Shown here in pieces: positions 9,896 to 18,786 of a DNA stretch of 64,000 nucleotides. The number at the start of each line of letters is the position of its first letter. The stretch's first letter is position 1. A program made the translations under genes and the position numbers. The stretch is taken from contig CAYYPV010000008.1 of assembly GCA_964473665.1 (NCBI GenBank), forward strand, positions 607 to 64,606. The letters run 5' to 3'. A model generated the notes under the pieces. That model saw nothing but the letters and a program-made list of their open reading frames with translations. It searched no databases and was not told the origin of the DNA. The stretch is from an uncultured Candidatus Bathyarchaeia archaeon. Lineage in GTDB: Archaea > Thermoproteota > Bathyarchaeia > RBG-16-48-13 > CAYPFQ01.

Positions 9896-11130
9896 TCATC
9901 GGATTCAAGCTTTGAAATAGGATAGGGTAAAATTACGCCCTCGGGTATTTTTTGGATATAGCTCTTTCTAAACTCGGAATTTTGCATAAGACAACTGGGC
10001 ACGTTAGTCGAAAAGATTTTATGTTTTCTTATGCGTTTCCATATTTTTTGCAGCGTTTCATCTCGAACGTTCCCAAATGTTAACGGAATATATGCGCACG
10101 GGGTTACGAAGCCATGTGGATTGACGTAAACCCATCTTTTTCCAGCTATGCAACCAAGTCCTGTTGGACCTTTCATACAAGAGGTCGTGGAAACTCTAGG
10201 TGTTCGCGAGTTTGGTGAACTGTAAGTTTTTTCTAGTTGAACTAACCGTTCTCTATCTTTCACAGTCAGAATGACATCTTCTCTCCTGAGCAATTTTCCC
10301 GTTGGAATGATATCTGCTACTGTAATTTCATGCACCCCAAGTTCCTCTGAGAAGTGTATTAAATCGTCAATGTCGCCGTTATTGAGGCGATCCGTAGTTG
10401 CGTACGTGGAGACCCCGACAAGGAGACCGGCGTTTAGGCATGCCTTGATGGTATTTACAGCTTTGCTGTGCGCTCCTTTTAGTTGAACTAGTCCGTCATG
10501 TATGTTTGAATCTCTGCTGTGGAGAACTATGAAGATAGCGTCTAACCCCGCATTCTTCAATTTTTTTGCAGTATCGTCCGTAAAGGTTGCTGCGGGAGTG
10601 AATAATACGCACCAGCATTCTTTGGATTTAACGTATTTTATGATGTCGAAAACATCTTTTCGTAAGATGGGGTCGCCTCCATAAATTGTGACGCTGAAAG
10701 CCCCCATTTGAACAACATCATCGATTATGGATTTCAGCTCTTTATTTGTAAGTTCATTAGCGTAGTCGTAGCTACCCATGTAGCCGCAGTAGATACAATC
10801 GCATGCACATGCACGCGTAACAGCTATTGTAGCTGCCCCTGGATTCCTTTGCTTTGTTAATTCAGATTTTATTTCACCCCACATAGCTCTGCTGAAAGTT
10901 TTACTTGGAATGGGTGGAAAGAAAAGTGAAAAAACAATGTAGTCTTTGTTTGCAAATGCTGGCTTTTCTTTACATACAAATTCTTTGAACAGGTTTAATG
11001 CTGGTTTAGCGAAGGGGGATAAGGGTCCTTCACTACAGACTTCGTTAACAACCCCGTTATTGACTTCAGCGCTGATCTTCAGACCGGGCTGCCGTAGCAA
11101 GGTTACCTTCAAATTAGTCCTTTCTCCCAT
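9892..11130 (-). CDS. Radical SAM protein with SPASM/twitch-like C-terminus (paralog 1)
   Basis: CACDCIYC, YGGDP, GCIAGKRW...TPC...FGNV...W...SC. Confidence 0.85.
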   Translation of the reverse strand: MGERTNLKVTLLRQPGLKISAEVNNGVVNEVCSEGPLSPFAKPALNLFKEFVCKEKPAFANKDYIVFSLFFPPIPSKTFSRAMWGEIKSELTKQRNPGAATIAVTRACACDCIYCGYMGSYDYANELTNKELKSIIDDVVQMGAFSVTIYGGDPILRKDVFDIIKYVKSKECWCVLFTPAATFTDDTAKKLKNAGLDAIFIVLHSRDSNIHDGLVQLKGAHSKAVNTIKACLNAGLLVGVSTYATTDRLNNGDIDDLIHFSEELGVHEITVADIIPTGKLLRREDVILTVKDRERLVQLEKTYSSPNSRTPRVSTTSCMKGPTGLGCIAGKRWVYVNPHGFVTPCAYIPLTFGNVRDETLQKIWKRIRKHKIFSTNVPSCLMQNSEFRKSYIQKIPEGVILPYPISKLESDD

Positions 11131-12334
11131 CTAGTTTGCTTATTGGATAAGGTAAATTTTTTTCATTGATACTGTCTTGAATCTTCTTAAAGTAATGTTG
11201 CTTGTAGTAAGGATCAGCCCATGCGCAGTTTTTTGGTGCTTTTTTAAATAGAGGATGCTTCCTCATCGCCTTCCAGATATCCTTCATGCTTTGATTGCGT
11301 GTATTCCCAAATGAAATGGGGACATGAAAGCAAGGCATAACTTCACCTGTGGGGGATAGCCACATCCATTTTCGACCTGCAAAACACCCAATAATTTTGG
11401 GATCGCGGAGAATGAGGGAGCCGCACACTCTGGATCCTTCCAGTTCGTTAGCTTCGTTTTGGAATTTTACTAATCGTGCCCGATCTTCTTCTTTCAATAC
11501 GTCATTTTCACGATACGCCCATCTACCTGCTGGAACAACTTCGTCGATTAAAATCTCTTGCACCCCTATAGAGCTACAATATTGATAAAGATCATTCAGC
11601 GCTTTAATATCTGAATTTCCTGGAGCGGCGGTATATTCTATTATTACGACCAATCCCTCTTCCACCGCATACTTAACGTCTGATGCAACTTTTTCAAAAA
11701 TCCCGTTAATTCCTCTGAACTTGTCGTGAATATTGGGGTATGGGCTGTCAAGGCTTAGATGGAGATAATCAAGCCCTGCCTCCTTCAACTTTTTCACGTA
11801 TGCTTGAGTTAAAAGAAAGCCGTTGGTTATCAGATGACTGGTGGCTTTATTTTTATCGATATGTGAGATCAAATCAAAGATATCTTTCCGAAGTGTAGGT
11901 TCGCCTCCTTCAAAGCTTACGTTGTAGGTTCCCAGTTCAATTGATTGGTCTATAGCATTACAGAGCTCTTCCGTTGATAATTCTGGATCACCTCTTATGC
12001 CGAACGCTATACAATGTTGGCAGGTGCATTGGCATTTGCTTGTAGTCAATATCATTAGACTTTCAGGTGTGTATTTGCCGAAGAGGCGATTGTTTATTTG
12101 GGCTTTAATAAGTCGGTTGAAGGGTCCGCTAGGAGCAGGAGGTATTAAACTGGATATGACAACATCATTTCCGCGGACGGCGGTCACTTTCTCCAACGAC
12201 GCATACGTGTTAAATCCTTCACATATGGGCCTTGCCAGTCTGGAAAGTGGACCTTGAGCAGTTACGTGCGCCTTTTTGCCTTCAAGTTCGAGGAAAAGCT
12301 CAAAGCCTAACCCTTTGTAGATGAAATGTTTCAC
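11114..12334 (-). CDS. Radical SAM protein with SPASM/twitch-like C-terminus (paralog 2)
   Basis: CQCTCQHC, EGGEP, GCFAGRKW...MPC...FGN. Likely start is GTG 12334 after a GGAG RBS; overlaps paralog 1 by 17 nt. Confidence 0.85.
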   Translation of the reverse strand: MKHFIYKGLGFELFLELEGKKAHVTAQGPLSRLARPICEGFNTYASLEKVTAVRGNDVVISSLIPPAPSGPFNRLIKAQINNRLFGKYTPESLMILTTSKCQCTCQHCIAFGIRGDPELSTEELCNAIDQSIELGTYNVSFEGGEPTLRKDIFDLISHIDKNKATSHLITNGFLLTQAYVKKLKEAGLDYLHLSLDSPYPNIHDKFRGINGIFEKVASDVKYAVEEGLVVIIEYTAAPGNSDIKALNDLYQYCSSIGVQEILIDEVVPAGRWAYRENDVLKEEDRARLVKFQNEANELEGSRVCGSLILRDPKIIGCFAGRKWMWLSPTGEVMPCFHVPISFGNTRNQSMKDIWKAMRKHPLFKKAPKNCAWADPYYKQHYFKKIQDSINEKNLPYPISKLDGRKD

Positions 12335-12409
12335 AATGGACTCCACTATGTTTTGTAAAAAAATAAGATTAATAACAAAAAGCTTTCTATGGATTAAGCT
12401 GTGCGCGCT

Positions 12410-13609
12410 ATGATAGATTATCAAGTGTATCATCGGAGAGGGCTTTCAGTAAATATTGAGGGCGATGAAAAAAAATTAAGACTAAGAGCTCACGGTCCTC
12501 TCGCAGTTTTTACCAGTCCAATCCTAAATAAAATAAACAGGATGCTTGAAAGTGAAAAGCCGATAGCTGTCAAAAAAGATGCAGTCATATTTTCAACTTG
12601 GTTACCGCCAATTCCAAGCGGATCCTTTAAAAGGTTAATAGATGCGGAGATCGATATCGCTCTGCACCATAAATACGTGCCTCAAGCTGTGTCTCTTAAC
12701 GCTTTCAAGCAATGTAGTTACAGTTGCGAGAACTGCAATATGGTGAGATCTCCCGGACCTGAACTTTCAACTGAGGAATTAAAGGGGTTCATCGATCAGG
12801 TGGTAGATCTCGGCGCAGTCACGATAGGTTTTTCGGAGGGAGATCCGCTTACACGCGAAGACATAGTGGATTTGGTTAGATATGTTGATAAGAATAAGGC
12901 AATTGCCAGCATATTCACTCCTGGTGCAATGTTGACTGAGTCGCAGGCTGAGAATTTAAAGAGGGCGGGACTTTACGCCGTGATCATAGGTTTCTGCAGT
13001 CCTATTCCAGATGAGCATGATGCGGCTAGAGGGGTAAAGGGAGCTTTTTCAATGGCGACGAAATCCATAAAAAATGCATTAGATGCAGGGTTATATGTCT
13101 CGATTCATACGCATGCAAATCCACGTATGATTGCAGAGAAAAAGCTCGACGGCCTCTACGACCTTGCATCTCAGCTGAATGTCCATGAGTTTACAATATG
13201 GGAAGCAATTCCTTCATGGGGTTACCGCGATAAGGATGATTTAATGCTGAACAAAGCGCAGAGAGATTACATTCTAGAAATGCGTAGAAAATTGAATAAA
13301 ATGCCGGCTGGCCCGAGAATATTTTCTATGAGCTTCTTTGAGGGACCTGACTTTTTAGGATGTATGGCTGGTAGGCGGTGGCTGAATTTGGTGGATTCGG
13401 GAGACTTAACGCCGTGCATTTATACGCCTATATCTTTTGGAAATATAAAAAATGAGAAAGTTGCAGATATATGGAAAAAAATGCGTGAGAACCCATTGTA
13501 CAGACGTAGTGAAAAATCATGCATGATGCTAAATCCCGAATTTAGATCCAAGTTTATCAAAAAAATACCTTATAACGCTAAGCTTCCAGTTCCTCTAGAA
13601 ACTTTATGA
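12410..13609 (+). CDS. Radical SAM protein with SPASM/twitch-like C-terminus (paralog 3, divergent)
   Basis: CSYSCENC, SEGDP, GCMAGRRW...TPC...FGNI. Likely start is ATG 12410. Confidence 0.85.
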   Translation: MIDYQVYHRRGLSVNIEGDEKKLRLRAHGPLAVFTSPILNKINRMLESEKPIAVKKDAVIFSTWLPPIPSGSFKRLIDAEIDIALHHKYVPQAVSLNAFKQCSYSCENCNMVRSPGPELSTEELKGFIDQVVDLGAVTIGFSEGDPLTREDIVDLVRYVDKNKAIASIFTPGAMLTESQAENLKRAGLYAVIIGFCSPIPDEHDAARGVKGAFSMATKSIKNALDAGLYVSIHTHANPRMIAEKKLDGLYDLASQLNVHEFTIWEAIPSWGYRDKDDLMLNKAQRDYILEMRRKLNKMPAGPRIFSMSFFEGPDFLGCMAGRRWLNLVDSGDLTPCIYTPISFGNIKNEKVADIWKKMRENPLYRRSEKSCMMLNPEFRSKFIKKIPYNAKLPVPLETL

Positions 13610-13677
13610 TTTCTTGTAGCCTATTCTTAGTTATAAAAAATTTTTACATGGTTGTTTAATTTCAGGAATTATTAATT

Positions 13678-14655
13678 CTATAATTTTGGGATAGCCATCA
13701 GTATATTGTATGCTGCAGCCGCATTGATTATAACAAGCATGATTGTGTAGTTGATTACGCCTATATATGCGAATTTTATGTGAGCTATTTGCTCACTTGA
13801 ATGGTTATAGGCATTTATCGTTGCACGGATCTTGAAGAGACCGATTATAAAATACAATGCTAGGAAAAACCACGGTAGTGCGAAGACGTACCAAACTACT
13901 ATGAGCCAAAGATATTCAGCTATGCTCATGGTGAATGTAAATAGTATGGTTTGTTTGGATGTTAAGGGGTTAAAACGCATAGAGTCTTTATCGTGGTAAG
14001 CTAAACAACCGATTATACTTGCAAGGTATATGACAGCTGCTTGCCATGAAAGTATTTTCCCGGGTGCTACGACAGCTATTCCGCCAGCTACTATTAGCCC
14101 GCTTAGGGATCGGTATATTCGTCTTTGGAGTTCTGTAATTTTTTTAAAAGGTGGACTGGCAGAGTAAGTAAATCCCCAGACAAGCATCAGTAGAGCCACA
14201 GCGAAACATGTGAAATTGAATACGAAATTTGCAACATATAGGCAAAGCACTGTCTCAATAACAATAAAAGAAATAACAAGTTTAGGTGACAGCAGTCCAG
14301 TTACAAGCGGTAATGTTGAATTTGGCGGACCTAACCTTTCATCTTCACCTGTCCACCAATCATATAGCATATCGGCCTGTGAGATGACCCTGGTCAGCAG
14401 TCCTGCCACAAATATGCCTAATATTAGCTTCCATAAAGGAAGAATAGGCACTCCGATGCTCATAAACAAAAGTGCACCAGCACTAGCAGTTAATGCACCC
14501 CATGGCAACCATAGTATTCTATGTACGCAGAAAATCGCTTGAATTTTAGCCTTAAGATCTTTACCAGTAGGCCCAGCTACGCCGAACCCGATATCCCATA
14601 TAGTAGGGTTAAACTGATGAATTAGCCGGTCAGCCTTATCGCTATTCTTCGCCAT
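13678..14655 (-). CDS. Divergent UbiA-family prenyltransferase
   Basis: About 8 TM segments, degenerate Asp-rich motif DMLYDWWTGED...LPLVTG, YSASPPFK. Start ATG 14655 or 14676. Confidence 0.65.
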   Translation of the reverse strand: MAKNSDKADRLIHQFNPTIWDIGFGVAGPTGKDLKAKIQAIFCVHRILWLPWGALTASAGALLFMSIGVPILPLWKLILGIFVAGLLTRVISQADMLYDWWTGEDERLGPPNSTLPLVTGLLSPKLVISFIVIETVLCLYVANFVFNFTCFAVALLMLVWGFTYSASPPFKKITELQRRIYRSLSGLIVAGGIAVVAPGKILSWQAAVIYLASIIGCLAYHDKDSMRFNPLTSKQTILFTFTMSIAEYLWLIVVWYVFALPWFFLALYFIIGLFKIRATINAYNHSSEQIAHIKFAYIGVINYTIMLVIINAAAAYNILMAIPKL

Positions 14656-14811
14656 ATTCACATTTCTCACAAACATTAAACTTATCGACTTTACTGTTAA
14701 TCAATACCTCGCATAGAATATACTGCAATTTAGCAGCACTTCTCTATTCCTCGTAACCATTTTTGTAAAGTCTGTATGCTCTACCTTTTCCTGGGTCAAG
14801 GACGTTTATTC

Positions 14812-15309
14812 CTAGTAAACGTATGGAATGAGCTTTTTACTATGTTGCATATAGTCCTGATATTCTTTTCCGAATTTCGCGATGAGTACGCGTTCCTCGA
14901 TTTTTATTCTGTAAAGAATAATGGGTATTATGAAGATTGTTATTAGAAGGCCGTATAAGCTGTGAAAGAATATGGGAACAAGAAAATAGCCTAATATAAC
15001 CCCAAAGTAAATGGGGTGCCGGACATTTTTGTAAATGCCGTATGTGATCAACTTGTGTTTTGGCAATGTTCTTACCATTAGCGACCACTGTTTACCCAGA
15101 GTACGTTTAGCTTGTATGCCGATAGCAACTCCTATTGTGCCAAGTGTTAGTCCAGCGAAACTTACAATATCAAAGCGGTAAATCATTCTTTGAACAAAAG
15201 TGAAGTCTAAGACACTTATGGCTAAGGCGGAAAACCAAATTATTCCTCCGAGGAGGAGTTCTATGTCTAATTGCCTTTTTTTTTTGCATGTCTTAAATAG
15301 CGCCTTCAT
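14812..15309 (-). CDS. Isoprenylcysteine carboxyl methyltransferase / PEMT-family membrane methyltransferase
   Basis: LITYGIYKNVRHPIY and RIKIEERVL..FG.EY..Y signatures. Confidence 0.88.
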   Translation of the reverse strand: MKALFKTCKKKRQLDIELLLGGIIWFSALAISVLDFTFVQRMIYRFDIVSFAGLTLGTIGVAIGIQAKRTLGKQWSLMVRTLPKHKLITYGIYKNVRHPIYFGVILGYFLVPIFFHSLYGLLITIFIIPIILYRIKIEERVLIAKFGKEYQDYMQHSKKLIPYVY

Positions 15310-15483
15310 ATTTTGGCTATACCTCTTCAGGCATTTTCTTTTACACCTGATTATATCGTTTTAGGCGTTTAGACTAATCTTGAATCTTCGCTAACAAATC
15401 CTTCCTTTTTGCCTGAAACTCTTCTTAGGTTATTCGACCGACGCCTAAAGGTTCGTTCTGCCAGGTATTCGTCAGGCTACTCG

Positions 15484-16362
15484 CTATTTGCGTAAAGATA
15501 GTGCCTTCTTCAACAGAGTGAAGTTGTAAAAATCTTCTGGAACTTTTTTTATGTAACCCAACTCCACCATAAGGTTAGTGACCTGCGTCATTGCTTTTAC
15601 GCTTTCAGATATGTCGATATGAGGGCGATTATAGTTCAAAGCTTCTCTAATGGTTTCAGCGGAAATTCCTATGTAGTTGGAACTGATCTCTGCAGCTTCA
15701 TCAGGATTAGTGCTGCAAAATTTCTCAGCTTTTATACATGCGTTTATGAATTTTAAGGCTAAATCGGAGTGGTTTCGGAGATAATCATCTGTTACGGTTA
15801 TACTACAACCGGGTGTTTTCGGAAAAATATCTTTTCCTCTTACTAGAATCTTTGCCACCCCCAGCTTAACCATCATCGTGGCATAAGGCTCGACATTAGT
15901 TGTTGAATCAACAGCTCCACTTATCAGAGCGAGAATAGCCGCATCCCCGCTTGGAAACCTAAGTATCTTTGTATTCCTAGATGTTATATTGTATTTTTTG
16001 AAAAAAGCTTGAGAGGTTAAATCTTTCATTCCACCTTCATTGGGCAATCCAATTCTTTTTCCTTTAAGTTCATAAAAATCGTTTACATTCGCATCATTGC
16101 GAACTACTGTAACTGGTTCTTCATAACCTGAACCAGCGATAACTACCATCGGATCTCCATTGGCTCTTCCGCTTACAACTCGTGTCCAAGGCATAACTGC
16201 AAACGAAATTTCGCCGGAGATCAATTTATTCGGCAGCATCCAAGCTGTCGGTTCAACTGTTAAAGAAATGTTTAGATTTTGCTCTTTGAAAAATCCCTTT
16301 TCGTACGCTATGTATGTAGGCATTTGACATACGCCTCTTATAACTCCAACTCCGATGGACAA
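15484..16362 (-). CDS. NMT1/SsuA-like periplasmic-binding-protein type II fold protein, no signal peptide
   Basis: YIAYEKGFFKEQNL, LKGKRIG, ALISGAVD and EPY patterns; GGAGGT RBS directly before TTG 16362; no N-terminal hydrophobic segment. Confidence 0.8.
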   Translation of the reverse strand: MSIGVGVIRGVCQMPTYIAYEKGFFKEQNLNISLTVEPTAWMLPNKLISGEISFAVMPWTRVVSGRANGDPMVVIAGSGYEEPVTVVRNDANVNDFYELKGKRIGLPNEGGMKDLTSQAFFKKYNITSRNTKILRFPSGDAAILALISGAVDSTTNVEPYATMMVKLGVAKILVRGKDIFPKTPGCSITVTDDYLRNHSDLALKFINACIKAEKFCSTNPDEAAEISSNYIGISAETIREALNYNRPHIDISESVKAMTQVTNLMVELGYIKKVPEDFYNFTLLKKALSLRK

Positions 16363-16468
16363 TGCATTACCTCCAATTTTCTAGCGAATAACATCAAGAT
16401 TTGTCAGAATGTCATTTAAAAGTATATATTTAAGAATGCAAACCTTACGAAAAAATAGGTAAGAGCAA

Positions 16469-17386
16469 ATGTCAGTTTCACTACGTGACATACTTTACGG
16501 ATTTGCAGCACCGAAAGAGCGCACATTAAAGAATAGAATTTTAGGTTTCGTCACACTTCAAAAACCAGCAGTAACAGCTATGGGCGTACCATTCGCGTTG
16601 GCCGGCGCAGTATTAGCAGAGAGGCAATTAGGGATAACTTGGCGACTAATAATCTCTCAAAAACTTATGTCATTTATTTTAGGATTACTCGCGGTCTGGT
16701 TGCTAATTAGTGCTACGCTTACCATTAACAGTATAATCGATGTTGAAAGAGATAAGAAAAAGTACACTATGCGCCCTATAGCAACGGGGCTGATTAAAAG
16801 ATGGGAGGCCACTGTGTATGCGTTAGTCATGGCTGTCGTTGCCTTGATTATAACGTATTTAACTTTCAATTGGGCAGCTGCAGCTATAGGATTTCTTGCT
16901 TTAGTGCTGGGAACAGTTTATGCTGCCTATACACGCGACAAAATCGGTTATTTAACTATGGTTTTTATTCCAGCACTTATGCCGATTGGGGGCTGGGCAG
17001 CGATATCAATTGGAACTTTATTAACGCCTTTACCTTGGTTGCTTTTTCTCTGTCTTATTTTCCATCAAACTGCGCATGGCATTGCTGCTCAGGCACATTA
17101 CCCGTATGTTAAGGCTTTCTTTGTAAGACCTCGACCAAACATAGAAGCGATGATGTACCGTCTTTGCTTTGTGATTGAACCCTTCATAGTACTTTTGATG
17201 TATTACTACGTAACCATAAATTTGCTATTTTTAGTGATAGTATTATTTTTAACAATCTATGGTCTACATTCAGCCTCATACCTGAAAGAGCCCAGAACTT
17301 TTGAGAAAGGCGCAAAAGCACGTGTGGCTATCGGTAATTACGGTATCATCTTCTTTTTGTCATTAAGTATTCTAGCTGGAATTTAA
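16469..17386 (+). CDS. UbiA-family prenyltransferase
   Basis: NSIIDVERD...RPIATG first Asp-rich motif; multiple TM helices. Confidence 0.85.
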   Translation: MSVSLRDILYGFAAPKERTLKNRILGFVTLQKPAVTAMGVPFALAGAVLAERQLGITWRLIISQKLMSFILGLLAVWLLISATLTINSIIDVERDKKKYTMRPIATGLIKRWEATVYALVMAVVALIITYLTFNWAAAAIGFLALVLGTVYAAYTRDKIGYLTMVFIPALMPIGGWAAISIGTLLTPLPWLLFLCLIFHQTAHGIAAQAHYPYVKAFFVRPRPNIEAMMYRLCFVIEPFIVLLMYYYVTINLLFLVIVLFLTIYGLHSASYLKEPRTFEKGAKARVAIGNYGIIFFLSLSILAGI

Positions 17387-17497
17387 AGAGGAAAATATTT
17401 TTTTCTTATTAATGGTAATGCTTAGAAAGGTTTGAATATACTAAAAATATTCTCACCTATTGTTGATTGTGCGACAATAAATGATAAGTGATTAAGA

Positions 17498-18709
17498 TTG
17501 ACTTTGAAATATGATGTCGTGGTGGTTGGGGCGGGTCCTGCTGGCTCGATGGCGGCAAAGCACGCTGCTGATAAAGGATCCAAGGTATTGTTGGTTGAGC
17601 GGAAGAATGAAGTTGGAGTTCCGAGCCACTGTGCAGGCTTTATTATGAGGCGCGCGGAAAACTATGTAAATTTAAACGATGAGATAGTCGCGAATAAGAT
17701 TTATGGGTTCAGATGCTATGGCCCAAATGGGATTAGCGCGGTTGCCAGAAGCAAAGATTGTATTGGTTATACTATTAGGCGTGAAGCTTTAGACAAGTAC
17801 ATTGCTAACCAAGCGATTAATTCTGGCGTTGACTTGATGATAGGTGGGACGGCTGTTGGTGCGCGGAGAGTTTCAGGCGAAGTTAAAGTGAATATTATGC
17901 ATTTAAATGAGAAAATTCCTGTTGATGCAAAAATTATAATTGGTGCAGACGGGGTAGAGTCGAATGTTGCTAAATGGTTTGGGATGAAGAAACCTTCGGA
18001 TTTGATGTCCTGTATGCAGTTTGATGCTTTAAGTGAAAGCCCTGAATTACCACGCGATTTAATTGAAATGTACATAGGTCAATGTTGGACGCCTAAGGGG
18101 TTCGGATGGATTTTCCCTAGAGGCAACGACGTAGTTAAGGTCGGTGTAGGTGTGAAAGCGGGGAAAAAACCAGCCGTATCATATTTGAAAGACTTAATTG
18201 ATTTACATCCTGTAGTATCTAAGAAACTTGCGCAAGCAAAAATTGTTAGATTAAGTGGAGGAATAGTACCATTAAGCGGTCCAGTTGAAAGAACTGTTGA
18301 TAACAATATTGTATTGACTGGCACAGCTGCCGGATTGATTAATCCTCTGAGCGGCGGAGGCAACGATTATGCGATAGTTTGTGGAGGTTTAGCTGGCGAT
18401 ATCGCGGGAGAAGCTGCTGAAGAAAAAAATTTTTCCAAAAAATTCTTATGTAAATATGAGGATCAATGGAAGAATATTTTTGGTAAAGAGCTTAGAAATG
18501 GATATTGGGGAAGAATGGTTTTTCAAAATATGCCTGATAAATTATATCAAAAGTTTATTCCAACTTTGCAAGAGGTGGAAGATTTAACGAATATGTTTGT
18601 GAGCTACGATGTTGGACGTCTACTTGATGTGGTTGCTAAAAAATCGCCAGTATTATCTTCATTTATTAAAAGTGTTAAGCGCTTTGGTTTTTTGCCTACT
18701 TTAAATTAA
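17498..18709 (+). CDS. Digeranylgeranylglycerophospholipid reductase-like (GGR family)
   Basis: YDVVVVGAGPAG, HCAG, GADG, PKGFGWIFP, GGIVP, GTAAGLINPLSGGG. Confidence 0.85.
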   Translation: MTLKYDVVVVGAGPAGSMAAKHAADKGSKVLLVERKNEVGVPSHCAGFIMRRAENYVNLNDEIVANKIYGFRCYGPNGISAVARSKDCIGYTIRREALDKYIANQAINSGVDLMIGGTAVGARRVSGEVKVNIMHLNEKIPVDAKIIIGADGVESNVAKWFGMKKPSDLMSCMQFDALSESPELPRDLIEMYIGQCWTPKGFGWIFPRGNDVVKVGVGVKAGKKPAVSYLKDLIDLHPVVSKKLAQAKIVRLSGGIVPLSGPVERTVDNNIVLTGTAAGLINPLSGGGNDYAIVCGGLAGDIAGEAAEEKNFSKKFLCKYEDQWKNIFGKELRNGYWGRMVFQNMPDKLYQKFIPTLQEVEDLTNMFVSYDVGRLLDVVAKKSPVLSSFIKSVKRFGFLPTLN

Positions 18710-18786
18710 GGATTTTCCAATAATGTCTAGCTAACGATAGATGTAGCGCGTGACATGAATTGACTAAGCGTGCAAGTGCCTGTTAA

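Noticed and set aside
9892..13609. Radical SAM triplet as RiPP maturases, GDGT ring synthases or MqnC/MqnE
   Set aside because: No precursor peptide or RiPP transporter seen nearby; no B12-binding domain as in GrsA/B; not CofH-like as MqnC/E are. Ahb heme-synthesis identity cannot be fully excluded without a search.
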